From an uncultured Candidatus Saccharibacteria bacterium (GTDB taxonomy: Bacteria; Patescibacteriota; Minisyncoccia; UBA6257; WO2-44-18), in contig CAYIBZ010000002.1 in the NCBI GenBank assembly GCA_964361795.1, positions 9,362-73,361 on the forward strand: DNA of 64,000 nt, written 5' to 3'. Shown here in pieces: positions 29,189-39,241 of the stretch; the stretch's first letter is position 1; each line of letters starts with the position of its first letter. The position numbers were made by a program, and so were the translations under genes. Under the pieces are notes generated by a model. It was not told where the DNA came from, did no database searches, and saw nothing but the letters and a program-made list of their open reading frames with translations.

Positions 29189-29631
29189 TTTCTAGGAAAA
29201 TTAATCCTATAAAAGTTTGTTTCCACTTTCATAAAACCCATGGATTGATACATTTTGTTAGCATCCACTCGCTTAGGATTAGTGCGCAAACTAATATGTT
29301 TAGCGCGCTTTTTTTGGGCAATATCAATAGCTTTTTCTATTAAAATTCGCCCTAGTCCCCAAGCCCGATAAGGCGCGTCAACAATCAGATCTTCGACTTC
29401 AGCAATAATGCCGGTCGGAATTTTTGTTAGATAGACAATTAAAGATGCCGCTATCACGCCTTTGCTTCTAATCGCCAAAAGATAAAAATCTTTCTGGGAT
29501 AGCATCTTTTTAAGATAACTCAAAGACGTCGGCTTAGGCGCCGTTGCCGTTAAACTTAATTGCGAAGTCAGATAATTAAGCTGACTCAAGACCGATTTAG
29601 CGGCTTTTTTTAAGATTTTAACTTTAAACAT
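29185..29631 (-). CDS. GNAT family N-acetyltransferase
   Basis: RAWGLGRILIEKAIDIA acetyl-CoA binding motif (R/Q-x-x-G-x-G/A). 148 aa. Confidence 0.65.
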   Translation of the reverse strand: MFKVKILKKAAKSVLSQLNYLTSQLSLTATAPKPTSLSYLKKMLSQKDFYLLAIRSKGVIAASLIVYLTKIPTGIIAEVEDLIVDAPYRAWGLGRILIEKAIDIAQKKRAKHISLRTNPKRVDANKMYQSMGFMKVETNFYRINFPRK

Positions 29632-29641
29632 ATGCTTTTGT

Positions 29642-30427
29642 TTATTTCTTTGTAGTAATAATATAAAGAGAACTGCCGAACATTATGGGTACGGACCTCA
29701 AAAACAAAGATTCTAGTTTCAGCCAAGCAGTAAAGATACTATTAATCGGCCCAGGCAAAATGAAATCGAAGTTGTGCGGCCGTTGATTCGGAAGAAAAAT
29801 TTTCTCAAAAAAACGCCTGATAATAATTGCCGGTACAGACGGAATAACAAAATAGCTGGACTCTAAGACTTTTAATCCAACCTGTTCTAATTTCTTAATC
29901 AGATCTTTTTTGCGATAGCGACGGCGATGACCAAGATACTCGTCTTGGGCATTCCACAAAAATGGCATTGCTGGCACGCTTACCATAACTAAACCCCTGC
30001 TAACGCGTTTCATTTCCTCTAGGGCGGTAATATCTTGTTCTAAGTGCTCCAAAACATCAAAAGCAGTTACTAAATCAAAATGATTATCAGGATAAGAAAT
30101 GCTTTCAGCTCGTCCCAAGACCAATTCTTTAAATCCTCGCTCCCGACAAAAGTCCAGTGCCTCTTTGGCCGGATCAATTCCTACCACAGAACCAAAGTCT
30201 TTCAAGAATAGAATATTACCCCCGCTCCCGCAACCGACGTCCAAGATAAGATTATCAACTCCATTCAAATATCTCTTCAGTACGGAATTAAGAATGGCTC
30301 TTTTTCCAACAAACCACCAGTGAAAATTTTCCTTTTCCGCCATTCGCTGGTATTCTTCTTTTTTTAAAAGATTATCCTGGCAATTGGAAATCATAATCAC
30401 ACCATACAATAAAATAAACATCGGCAC
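29642..30427 (-). CDS. class I SAM-dependent methyltransferase
   Basis: ILDVGCGSGGNILFL motif I, then DLVTAFDVLEHL. Confidence 0.65.
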   Translation of the reverse strand: MPMFILLYGVIMISNCQDNLLKKEEYQRMAEKENFHWWFVGKRAILNSVLKRYLNGVDNLILDVGCGSGGNILFLKDFGSVVGIDPAKEALDFCRERGFKELVLGRAESISYPDNHFDLVTAFDVLEHLEQDITALEEMKRVSRGLVMVSVPAMPFLWNAQDEYLGHRRRYRKKDLIKKLEQVGLKVLESSYFVIPSVPAIIIRRFFEKIFLPNQRPHNFDFILPGPINSIFTAWLKLESLFLRSVPIMFGSSLYIITTKK

Positions 30428-30435
30428 AACGCAAC

Positions 30436-32586
30436 CTACTTTAAAAAACTGCTTGGTTTAAATAAATCCCAAGGATTATAAACGAATTCCACTTCATGGG
30501 TTCCAGCCGGGACAAAAATACCCATAAAAACGGTGTTTACTGAATAAATTGGAACTTCCGAATCATCGATCAATGCTTTCCATCCCGGCAAAAAGTTTTG
30601 AGAAAATACTAAAAATTGTTTTTCGTTGGAATTAACAGCCAATTTGATAAAAGAATTCTCTTTTTCTTTAATTGTTATTTCTCCGTCACCCACCCTAAAA
30701 GTTTCTGACTGGCAGGATGGACAAACCACAAAAGTGTCTTTAAAACCATTGTCACGCCAGGAGTTGAAAGCCAATTCCTCATTTTGAGAAAAAATCACCT
30801 TCTCGGAAAAATAAACCGCCGGTTTCGCCTCTGGATTAATATATAAGAGAGCTCTGGGAATATGTTTTTTACCGTTAATATTCACTGCCATAAAATCAAA
30901 TTGAACAAATTCTCCGGTTTGAGGAAGGCTTACGTCATAAGCTTCCAGCTTAAAACCGCTAAAAATGTATTTAATCCCCAAAAAATCAAGTAGGGGCTTT
31001 CTCTTATTAAACAATAAATGAATCAGTTCGTTTGGCGTAATATCGTGCTTTGTTAATTTCTCTGCAAGATCAATGTTGATCTGCCTTGCGCCTATCCATC
31101 CTAAAAGACGGGCGACATTGAAAGGGATTAAAGAATCGTAAAGTTCTGACGAGGGTATGCCATATAAAAGATTCAAATTCGGATGAAACGACTCGAGATC
31201 AAAGAGAAGTTCCTCATTAGGTTTATCGGGTAGCGGAGATTTAGGACCGAAAGCATAAACAAAGAAACGATAATTATCCGCAAGTGGGGAAAAGACAATC
31301 CCCGGAGGCAATTTTTTAAACATTCGAACGCTCTCGGGTAATTTTTCCACCAAAGCTCTCGGAAATTCTTTGAAAACAGCGCTAAAATTTATTGCAAAAT
31401 CTATAATCAACAAAATGATTAAAATCAAAAACCATTTTTGATTTTTTATTTTAGCCAAAAAATGTTGCGCTCCAAAAGCGGCCATTGTCGCCGCCGCAAA
31501 AGATCCGATGAACATAAAACGAGAAGGGCCGCGGAAAAAACTGAAAATAGGAAGGTGCTGAAAAAACCAAAAAAGCGGCGAATAATGAAAACTGGTCAAC
31601 AAGGCAATAATAAAAAGCCACTTAAAGAACCTTAGGGTCTTGTCTTTTCTGAAAAAAGACGCCGCCATAAACAAAAACGGAATTAATCCCATGTAAACAT
31701 AGGCATCGCCTCCGCCTTGTAATGGGTAAAAAAACCGCAATAGGTCAATCGGCTGAAGGCCACCGCCTCCGCCGCTTAACCCTTCTTGATATGATAAACC
31801 GCCGCTCCTGCCTGAAGATTGGGTCAGAATAAAGGTAGGAATCAACTGAATTAATCCAACAAGGCCGCCGATAAAATTGATAAGAATAAAGAATAAAATT
31901 AATTTTTTCCAACTCTTTTTGCGGATCCCCAAATACAGCGTAAATCCCAAAGCGGCTACGAGAGCGTAAAATGGTTGCCAGTAAGTTGTACCGGAGACAA
32001 ATCCAAAAGCGATAGTGGCAGACCCTGCCAATAAATAACCGACCCAACCTTCACCGCTTTGAACTTTTTTATTAACCCTCCAGATTATCAGAAATAAAAG
32101 AGGAAGAATTAGAGTGCCTGCCGCGCTCATAGTAGTATCCAAATAATGCAGTTCAGCGATGAAGAATGCTATTCCCCCGATCAAAGGCGCTAAAACACCA
32201 AGATCTAATGCGATCAAAAATTCAAACATGAAAAACAGCGCCAGAACTAGCGTGATAAAAAAAACCGCGTGATATGCATCAATTGGCGAAAAAATCCTAA
32301 GAAAAACTTGCGTCAGAGGAGAAAAAAATTGGATAGCGCTAGCAAACATTGGGAAACCACCGCCGTTCAGCGGATTCCAAAATGGACTTTCTCCGCTTGT
32401 CCAGGAATCTTTGATAAAGGTCCAGCTGGATATAACATACTCCAGTGAATCTCCAATAAGGATTTTTTGTCCGATTAGAAGCGGCCAAAATATCAACAAC
32501 ACCAAAAACGTCGCAACTAGGAGTCGTTTCCACCAACGATTGAAAATTTTTTCAAGAACTAATTGCATTTTCGTTTGAGAACACAA
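30436..32586 (-). CDS. large polytopic membrane protein with C-terminal extracytoplasmic domain (YfhO/GT-C-like, putative)
   Basis: 716 aa. About 12-14 hydrophobic helices in the N-terminal 400 aa, then a soluble C-terminal domain. Topology resembles lipid-carrier-dependent glycosyltransferases. No diagnostic motif verified. Confidence 0.35.
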   Translation of the reverse strand: MCSQTKMQLVLEKIFNRWWKRLLVATFLVLLIFWPLLIGQKILIGDSLEYVISSWTFIKDSWTSGESPFWNPLNGGGFPMFASAIQFFSPLTQVFLRIFSPIDAYHAVFFITLVLALFFMFEFLIALDLGVLAPLIGGIAFFIAELHYLDTTMSAAGTLILPLLFLIIWRVNKKVQSGEGWVGYLLAGSATIAFGFVSGTTYWQPFYALVAALGFTLYLGIRKKSWKKLILFFILINFIGGLVGLIQLIPTFILTQSSGRSGGLSYQEGLSGGGGGLQPIDLLRFFYPLQGGGDAYVYMGLIPFLFMAASFFRKDKTLRFFKWLFIIALLTSFHYSPLFWFFQHLPIFSFFRGPSRFMFIGSFAAATMAAFGAQHFLAKIKNQKWFLILIILLIIDFAINFSAVFKEFPRALVEKLPESVRMFKKLPPGIVFSPLADNYRFFVYAFGPKSPLPDKPNEELLFDLESFHPNLNLLYGIPSSELYDSLIPFNVARLLGWIGARQINIDLAEKLTKHDITPNELIHLLFNKRKPLLDFLGIKYIFSGFKLEAYDVSLPQTGEFVQFDFMAVNINGKKHIPRALLYINPEAKPAVYFSEKVIFSQNEELAFNSWRDNGFKDTFVVCPSCQSETFRVGDGEITIKEKENSFIKLAVNSNEKQFLVFSQNFLPGWKALIDDSEVPIYSVNTVFMGIFVPAGTHEVEFVYNPWDLFKPSSFLK

Positions 32587-33485
32587 AAAACTTGCGCAGT
32601 TTTTGAGAATGGAAGCCGCAGAAAATCAAAGGCAGCAGTGAAAGCCGCAACTGGACCGAAAAGCGGGTGTAAATGCATCGGTCTAATAGCGCTTATAGAA
32701 ATCAGATCTTTGTCGGCCAGAAATCCTAAAATACTAGCAGTCCATTGGGGAGCGCCCTGAGTATATGAAAAAGAAACAACGTCCAGTCCGCATTCTTTTG
32801 CTAGTAAACAAAGTGATGACTTACTGAAAAGCACCCAGTGTCGCGGGCAATGAAGGCCGCCCCAATTGTGGTTTCGGAAAAAATAGCGATCAACGGTATC
32901 AATGTTCGGCGTTTTAATTACAATTAGACCGCGAGGCGAAACGATTTCTCTGAGTTTCTCCATAATCAATCGAGGATCGGATACGTGTTCCAAAAGATTA
33001 ATCAGCAAAATCAAGTCAAAATTCCTGCCAGCTTTGTAATCTTCTATTCTCTGCGAATGAAAAACATGGCCTTGCCGCTCGGCCGCTTTTCTTGCAGATT
33101 CGGCAAAATCAACAACGTGGGTTTCTTTGATCCGCGAATCGGACGCCTTTACCAAACTAAGTAAATCGCCGATCCCCCCGCCGATATCCAATACCGACAG
33201 ATTGTCGCCAGAAATATTTTTTAGAATATTCCTAAACATTCTGATTTCTAAAAAACTCTTGATCCTTCGTAAGAACCTCAACCCGCCGTCAGAAAAAGAA
33301 TAATAAGTCGGTGGATAAATTTCCTCTAGACGATCCACTGGAGGATCTTTCAAAAATATCACCGGGCAATTATTGCAATAATAATATTGGAATTTTCTCT
33401 CCAAGGTACGGTATTCGGAATCCCAGCCGTGGGTAAAAAAATGGGTATTGGCATTTTTGCAAATCGGGCAAATAACTTTTTCCAT
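32559..33485 (-). CDS. class I SAM-dependent methyltransferase with N-terminal zinc-ribbon
   Basis: CPICKNANTHF...CNNCPVIF (CxxC...CxxC) followed by VLDIGGGIGDL SAM motif. Confidence 0.6.
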   Translation of the reverse strand: MEKVICPICKNANTHFFTHGWDSEYRTLERKFQYYYCNNCPVIFLKDPPVDRLEEIYPPTYYSFSDGGLRFLRRIKSFLEIRMFRNILKNISGDNLSVLDIGGGIGDLLSLVKASDSRIKETHVVDFAESARKAAERQGHVFHSQRIEDYKAGRNFDLILLINLLEHVSDPRLIMEKLREIVSPRGLIVIKTPNIDTVDRYFFRNHNWGGLHCPRHWVLFSKSSLCLLAKECGLDVVSFSYTQGAPQWTASILGFLADKDLISISAIRPMHLHPLFGPVAAFTAAFDFLRLPFSKTAQVFCVLKRKCN

Positions 33486-33486
33486 G

Positions 33487-34530
33487 TTATTTCCTTCTTC
33501 GGCTTTGCGCCAACAGAACCTTAAAAAACTGCCAATAACTAGTTCGGGAATTTCTAATCAAATCACCGATAGTAGTTTCTTGAAAATATTTTTCCATATC
33601 TTTTAAGCGAGTATAGGAAATGTGGGGATCCCAATGATGGAGCATGTGACGATTAAAGCCAGCAGATCCAAATGATTGAGAAAACCAATCGTCGCCGAAT
33701 AATCGAAGAGTGGCGCCATGAGGAATTTTAAAATAGTCGGCTTCCGGATCGGCATTCTCGCTGCGGTGTCTCAAGATCTGCCGAATGGTTCCCAAGAATG
33801 GCCAGAAAATAACCACGCCAAGAAACCAGGCAGCGGCCGCTGCGTAATTACCAAAGCTGATCAAAAATATAAGAATAGCGGACTGAACTACGACCAAACG
33901 AGCGGGATTTTTCCATTTAAGGACTTTTTTGACAGGTGACGATATTTCGGCGGTTTCTAGTTCAGAATAGTGGAAAATGGTTTTTAAGGCATGGATTGCG
34001 GTAATAGCTCGGAGCAAAAAAGATGGCTTTAAAGCATTAAAATAAGACTGTTCAGTATCTTGCAGCGAACCGAGATATAAATGATGAGGCCAATGAATTT
34101 TTCTATAAGATTCAACACTAGTAAAAAGCAATGGGCAAATCAGCCAATTGCCTAAAATATCGTTCCAACGACGATTGGGATGAATGTTAAAATGCACCGC
34201 CTCATGTAAAAACAAACTCAAAGAATGCAGCCAATAACCAATCCACATTCCGGAAAAAATTGAGGCAATCAAAGCGGCGGGAAAGCTTAAAATCGGCTGG
34301 ATAAAAATAATTGCGCCAACGCCCAATAATAAAAGAAAATAACAAACAAAAACATCTCGCCACACTATCAGGTATCTCGGCTTAAGCTGTTTGCGGAACT
34401 CGGGCCAAGAAACCGGCAAGTGGACGCTCATTTTTTCTAAATCTGGGGTCCCAGGAAGGCCTGAACGGTATTCAAGAAAATTAATGTCATCCACACTACA
34501 CATCTTATAGAAAATAGACCTCAAAAACAA
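33487..34530 (-). CDS. membrane fatty-acid desaturase/hydroxylase family protein (di-iron His-box)
   Basis: Three His boxes: HEAVHFNIH, HWPHHLY and HMLHHW. Multiple TM helices. Confidence 0.6.
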   Translation of the reverse strand: MFLRSIFYKMCSVDDINFLEYRSGLPGTPDLEKMSVHLPVSWPEFRKQLKPRYLIVWRDVFVCYFLLLLGVGAIIFIQPILSFPAALIASIFSGMWIGYWLHSLSLFLHEAVHFNIHPNRRWNDILGNWLICPLLFTSVESYRKIHWPHHLYLGSLQDTEQSYFNALKPSFLLRAITAIHALKTIFHYSELETAEISSPVKKVLKWKNPARLVVVQSAILIFLISFGNYAAAAAWFLGVVIFWPFLGTIRQILRHRSENADPEADYFKIPHGATLRLFGDDWFSQSFGSAGFNRHMLHHWDPHISYTRLKDMEKYFQETTIGDLIRNSRTSYWQFFKVLLAQSRRRK

Positions 34531-34575
34531 TCTTTCTATGGATTTGTTAAAACATAATTTTTAATATAATCTAGA

Positions 34576-36652
34576 GTGATGAAACTCAAGATTTTTCTTG
34601 TAATTTCGGCAATTTTAATAGGATCGCTCTATATTACACCGCCATTAATTATAAAATACCGCCTTCAAAAAGAAGGGAAGGTTTTTGCGCTTAATTATGA
34701 AATCTATCGAGATGAACTTTTATATCTTTCGCGGGCGCGGGAAATTTATGATGGACATTTTCCTCCAAGCGATCTCCACTTTGATGAACAGCGCCCTACG
34801 GTCCAGAATCCTATTCCATCGCTAATTCTTGCAGGGATGATTGCTCTTGCCAGCGGCAATGTTCAGGTCGGATATTTAATCGCCCAATTTATCTTCACGC
34901 CGATGATTTTCTTAATCTTCTACTGGTTGGGTAAAAACCTTTTTGAATCAACAACGTGGGCAATTTTATTTGCTTATGTTGGCATTCTTACCCCAATTGC
35001 CCTCCGAATCCTTAATTTCCATGGCGCCTAGAAACCATCCCCAAAATACCTCCGCTCGCGATATGAACCAATTTCCGCAAGGCCAAGGAGCGACGACGAA
35101 GGTGTGCTTATTGCACTCCGAGGAGGAGCCGACACCAGCCTTGCGGAAATTGGTCATATCCCTTATTAGTGGGTTGCGGCGATTTGGAGGTATTTTGGGG
35201 ATGGTTTCTATTTCAGAAATTTTCGCCGATTTCGGCAACGATGGCCTGCGAGAATCTTTTCGGGAATTTTTAGGTTATTTTGTTAAACAATTCTTTCCAT
35301 TAGTAAACACTCAAATAGAAAAACTCTATTATGCCCGGCTCGATTATCCGTTAATAGTGTTTCCAATGTATCTTCTCGCCATACTGGGCCTTTTCTTATT
35401 TTGGAAAAAACCCAGGACATCTACGGCAATTTGGGCGGCAATCCCCGCCGGATTGCTATTTTATTTCTATTTTCATTATTGGGTTTATTGGGTTGTTGTG
35501 TTGGGCCTGTTATTTATTTATTCCTTTTTTACTAAAAACAAAAATTCGCAACTTTTTAAATCTTTCTTGATTCTTATTGGCATTATCGCAGTCATAGCGG
35601 CTCCATATTTTATAAATTATCTGAACTTTAGCAAATTTCCCGATATTAATGATGTTACATTTCGATTGGGAGTTGCTACAGGACGGGCGCCGGGCCTCTC
35701 CACCATTGGTTTAGCGTATCTTGCTTACATTGTTATCGCCGTCGGAATATACTTCTTGTATTTCAAAAAAGGCGAACGAAAAACCGCCGTCTTATTTTGG
35801 TCATTCCTAATTGCCATGATAATTATCTGGAATATCCAACTAGTAGTTGGGTATGTCCCTACCCCTAATAATTGGCGTAGAACCATTAGTCCAATTCTTT
35901 ATATTGTTATTTTCCATTTCGTTTATACGCTAGTTCGAAACACAGAAATTAAATTTCCTCCGATTAAAAAAATCGCCGCCATCACGCTTATCCTTTTAAC
36001 TGCTGGCGTAGTTGCTAAAAAAGTGGCTAACGTTTATGTAATCTATCAAAATCCGGAACCGAGAATACTCACTGGCCAAACGTTGGATAAAGATTTTATG
36101 GACGCCTTCGCCTGGATTGATGCCAATCTGTCACCGGAGTCAAAAATAATCAGCAATTCATTTATGACTTCTATTTATCTTAACGTTTATACATCGGCAA
36201 GGCCATTTCTGCCGCTTTGGATGCTTTCGCCTCAATCAACCAAAGAACTAGAAAATCGTTTCTTAATTTCTCATCGTTTATTCGCAACTTCGCCTCAAAC
36301 ACTCGCAAAAATCGTTTCTTCGGATCTTCCCATAGAATGTGTTGGGGTTTGCCCGTCCAATACCGAAGAGAATCTCCGAAAAAATACTTGGCATTTGTAT
36401 GGCCACTATTTCCGTAGCCGCGGCGACATTAATAGTTACCTTAATCATCCATTAGCGATTACCGATGAATACATCATGACTTTAGTTGAAAAATATAAAA
36501 AAACTAAAGTGAATTTTTCTTCTGTTGATGCCGATTACCTATTTTTTGGTCCTTGGGAAAAGCAATTTAGCGAAATTGATTTCGATCAAAACAAAGATCT
36601 AGAATTAGTTTATCAAAATCCTAACGTGAAGCTGTTCCGAATAAAACGTTAA
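34576..36652 (+). pseudogene. GT-C-like polytopic membrane protein, paralog of 2164..4011, split into two reading frames by a 178-182 nt inverted-repeat element
   Basis: ORF 34576..35031 (frame 1) and ORF 34943..36652 (frame 2) are together collinear with the 628-aa paralog. The break coincides with the IR-bounded insertion at 35029..35210. It could also be a sequencing frameshift or a functional split gene. Confidence 0.5.
35029..35210. mobile_element. MITE-like small element: 25-bp perfect terminal inverted repeats (TAGAAACCATCCCCAAAATACCTCC), nested 16-bp internal inverted repeat, locally GC-rich
   Basis: 35029-35053 is the exact reverse complement of 35186-35210. The inner IR 35068-35083 pairs with 35138-35153. 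The element sits exactly where the host gene changes frame. Removing the 178 nt at 35031-35208 rejoins the two ORFs in frame. Confidence 0.5.
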
Positions 36653-37706
36653 TGTACAAATTCATGTAATGACTGGCGGCTTTCTCCCAGCTCATTTCTT
36701 TGGCAAATTTAATGGATTCTTGCGACATACTTTTGTGCAAATTTTTATCGGATAAAATTTTTTCCGTTGCCAAGGCTGCGGCTTGAAAATCTTGCGGCGA
36801 AACTAAAAATCCATTTCGGCCATCTAATACCGCATCCTCGGCGCTGGTTTCTTTGGTCGTCACTATCGGCAACCCCGCCGCGGCGGCCTCTAAAAACACC
36901 AATCCGAACCCTTCAATATCCTTATTGCTATCTTGTGGCAACAGGATAAACAGCTCAGCATTTTTGTACAAAGCGATCAATTCTTCCTCGCGCAAATCGC
37001 TTAAAAAAATTACCCGATCGTCCAATTCTAGATTCTGGATTCTAGATTCTAGATTCTGTCTTTCTGATCCATCACCGACTATAACGTATTTTAAATCTCT
37101 AAATTTTTCGGCGATTTTGGCAAACGCCTCAATTGAATATTCAAACCCCTTCCGTTTTTTCAACGCCCCAACACTTAAAATATAGGGTCTGAATTGTTGG
37201 GTGTTTTCGTCTCGAACATTTCCAACATTTCGAACATCAAACTTGCGAAAATCTACTCCATGATTAATCACCTCAATCTTTAAATCCGGTAAAAACTTTT
37301 GAATTTCTTTCTTAGTGTTATTGCTGACGGCAATCACTTTGCCAGCTTTGCGGTACGCCCATCTTAAAAGTGGTCGCTTCCAAAAGGAATAAAGCGACTT
37401 AACCGCTCCCGTGCCGATGGCGGTAATAATCAATTTCTTTTTCAAACCAAGAGAGGCGACCGCAGCAATAACTCCATACGGCCAACCATCCAGCGCGTGA
37501 ATAACATCGCAACTCTTGAAAACCTTTCTTATCATCGGAAAAGCTAAAAGTAATTTCAATTTGTTCGGACATAAGATATTTTCGGATGTTAAAATCTCAA
37601 TGCCAACTCCGGGAATCGCTTTTTTTACGGCCGCCGACAATGAATTATAAAATCGGCCTGCGCCGGTATTATTGCGCGTGTCATGATTTAGATAGCAGAT
37701 TTTCAT
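36621..37706 (-). CDS. glycosyltransferase family 4 (GT-B, retaining)
   Basis: GFGLVFLEAAAAGLPIVTT (E-x7-E-like GT4 motif) and a GRL-type C-terminal domain start. The linker contains a heptamer tandem repeat (37022-37057). Confidence 0.7.
   Translation of the reverse strand: MKICYLNHDTRNNTGAGRFYNSLSAAVKKAIPGVGIEILTSENILCPNKLKLLLAFPMIRKVFKSCDVIHALDGWPYGVIAAVASLGLKKKLIITAIGTGAVKSLYSFWKRPLLRWAYRKAGKVIAVSNNTKKEIQKFLPDLKIEVINHGVDFRKFDVRNVGNVRDENTQQFRPYILSVGALKKRKGFEYSIEAFAKIAEKFRDLKYVIVGDGSERQNLESRIQNLELDDRVIFLSDLREEELIALYKNAELFILLPQDSNKDIEGFGLVFLEAAAAGLPIVTTKETSAEDAVLDGRNGFLVSPQDFQAAALATEKILSDKNLHKSMSQESIKFAKEMSWEKAASHYMNLYINVLFGTASR
37022..37057. repeat. heptamer tandem repeat (AGATTCT/GGATTCT x5) in-frame in GT4 gene, encoding NLESRIQNLE
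   Basis: CAATTCT-AGATTCT-GGATTCT-AGATTCT-AGATTCT. Three units make 21 nt, so frame is kept. Confidence 0.55.
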
Positions 37707-37826
37707 CCCGTTAGAGACAGGTCCCGCTAGCGGGACCGTAACTCGGCCGAATATTTGATACCGACGTTTTATGAATAAATATCATTGTATTTCCTTTAAT
37801 CATTGATTAGTTGTCTCTAACGGGAC
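37707..37826. repeat. 120-nt intergenic unit exactly bounded by 14-bp inverted repeats (TCCCGTTAGAGACA / TGTCTCTAACGGGA) with internal perfect 18-nt palindrome GGTCCCGCTAGCGGGACC
   Basis: Left arm 37706-37719 and right arm 37812-37825. The palindrome lies at 37720-37737. The unit fills the whole gap between the start of 36621..37706 and the stop of 37827..38555. Confidence 0.45.
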
Positions 37827-38555
37827 TTATTTCTTCATTAAAATATCGATCTCTTTGGCGCCCCACCGGTTTTCCAAATAAGTCTTTAATTTTGCGCTAT
37901 GTGACGACAGATTGTAGGAAAATTTTCGCAGCCTTCCTTGAATGCCGTTGAAAATACGAGGGGTTATAAAATATTCTCTACCTACAAAATCGAAATATTT
38001 TAAGGCCGTCTTCTCAAAAACCGCCGGCGTGAGAATGGCGATGTGATTGTTCTTTTTGTGGTAAGCTGGGAAATTCCCGTGCTTCTTGAAATATTTACGA
38101 TTAGGAGGCGAAGCCACATTAATCAGCGAAACAATCAGTAATCCGTCTTTGTCCAAAACCCTGAATGCTTCTCGGAAAAAATTATAAGGATTTTCTAAAT
38201 GCGGAACAAGGCACCAGGCGGTTAAAACTTTAAAAAAGTTGTCCGGCCAGGGAATTTTATCAAAGCTTAAATCCACGGTCTTAAATTCTTTTAATAATTT
38301 CTCTTTCCCGGCAGCCAGATAATTATCTATATCCAAACCGTACAGGTTTTTAAAACCGGATCGGTGCAAATCTTCTATAAACCCCCCTGCCGCAGTTCCG
38401 CAATCCAAAATTGCGCTATTTTTATCCGACCCGGCATATTTTTCAAAAACCCGCAAACCAAAACCGTGACGAATCGTTGGCCCATTAAATTTCGTCATTC
38501 TTTCTTTGACTTTGTCCCGATTTTCTTTTAATTCTTTGGCAGAAAAGTACTGCAT
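37827..38555 (-). CDS. class I SAM-dependent methyltransferase (tandem paralog)
   Basis: ILDCGTAAGGFIEDL motif. Start chosen at the internal ATG (38553-38555) that aligns with the upstream paralog. This gives a TAATG stop/start overlap with the upstream gene. Confidence 0.55.
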   Translation of the reverse strand: MQYFSAKELKENRDKVKERMTKFNGPTIRHGFGLRVFEKYAGSDKNSAILDCGTAAGGFIEDLHRSGFKNLYGLDIDNYLAAGKEKLLKEFKTVDLSFDKIPWPDNFFKVLTAWCLVPHLENPYNFFREAFRVLDKDGLLIVSLINVASPPNRKYFKKHGNFPAYHKKNNHIAILTPAVFEKTALKYFDFVGREYFITPRIFNGIQGRLRKFSYNLSSHSAKLKTYLENRWGAKEIDILMKK

Positions 38556-39241
38556 TAAGGTTTTTGCAAAATATAATAAATGTATCTGGAAAACCATTGA
38601 TTTGCCGGAAAAATTTTTTTTAGGAATTTCAAATTGTTTAAAAACTTATATTTAAGTTCGACTTTGGCATGATCAGTTTGCAATAAATTAAAATGCTTCA
38701 GAAAAGTTTTCTTGAAAATTGCGCGGGTGAAAAATGTCAAATGATTATCGTCTTCTAAAAAGTGGAAGAGGTTTCCACGGAACAAAAACAACAAACGATT
38801 GAGAATGTGGAACGGATTCGGCGTGGAAACAATAAAGATTCCTCCGGGTTTTAACACGCGAGCGGCTTCGCGAACAAAAAAATGCGGGTTTTCCAAATGT
38901 TCTATGGTCTGAGAAGAAACGATCGCGTCTATGCTGAAATCTGGCCAAGGTAATTTTTCAAAACAAATATCCACCGCCTTAAATGCAAAATTCCTTGATT
39001 CATTAGACCTATAATCATCAATATCAACACCCTTAAGATTTGAGTATCCGCTAGCGGTTAATTGCTTCATTAAAGAACCATCGGCGCAAGCACAATCAAT
39101 AATTGACGATTTCTTCTCCGGAACGTACTTTTGCAACAAACTTAAAATTTTTCCGCTACGAACATCCCAGCTGACCCGTTGCTGTAGTGGTTTTAGAATA
39201 TCCCGTTTATCTTTTATTTCTTTCGGAGTAAGGTATTCCAT
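38555..39241 (-). CDS. class I SAM-dependent methyltransferase (tandem paralog)
   Basis: IIDCACADGSLMKQL motif. Collinear with 37827..38555 (ENPYNFFREAFRVL / ENPHFFVREAARVL). Confidence 0.6.
   Translation of the reverse strand: MEYLTPKEIKDKRDILKPLQQRVSWDVRSGKILSLLQKYVPEKKSSIIDCACADGSLMKQLTASGYSNLKGVDIDDYRSNESRNFAFKAVDICFEKLPWPDFSIDAIVSSQTIEHLENPHFFVREAARVLKPGGIFIVSTPNPFHILNRLLFLFRGNLFHFLEDDNHLTFFTRAIFKKTFLKHFNLLQTDHAKVELKYKFLNNLKFLKKIFPANQWFSRYIYYILQKP

Noticed and set aside
34943-35031. Possible programmed frameshift or overlap joining ORFs 34576..35031 and 34943..36652.
   Set aside because: No slippery heptamer or pseudoknot is evident at the overlap. The frame change coincides with an IR-bounded GC-rich insertion, so insertional disruption or an excisable element is the more economical reading. 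This is kept as a finding, not asserted as recoding.
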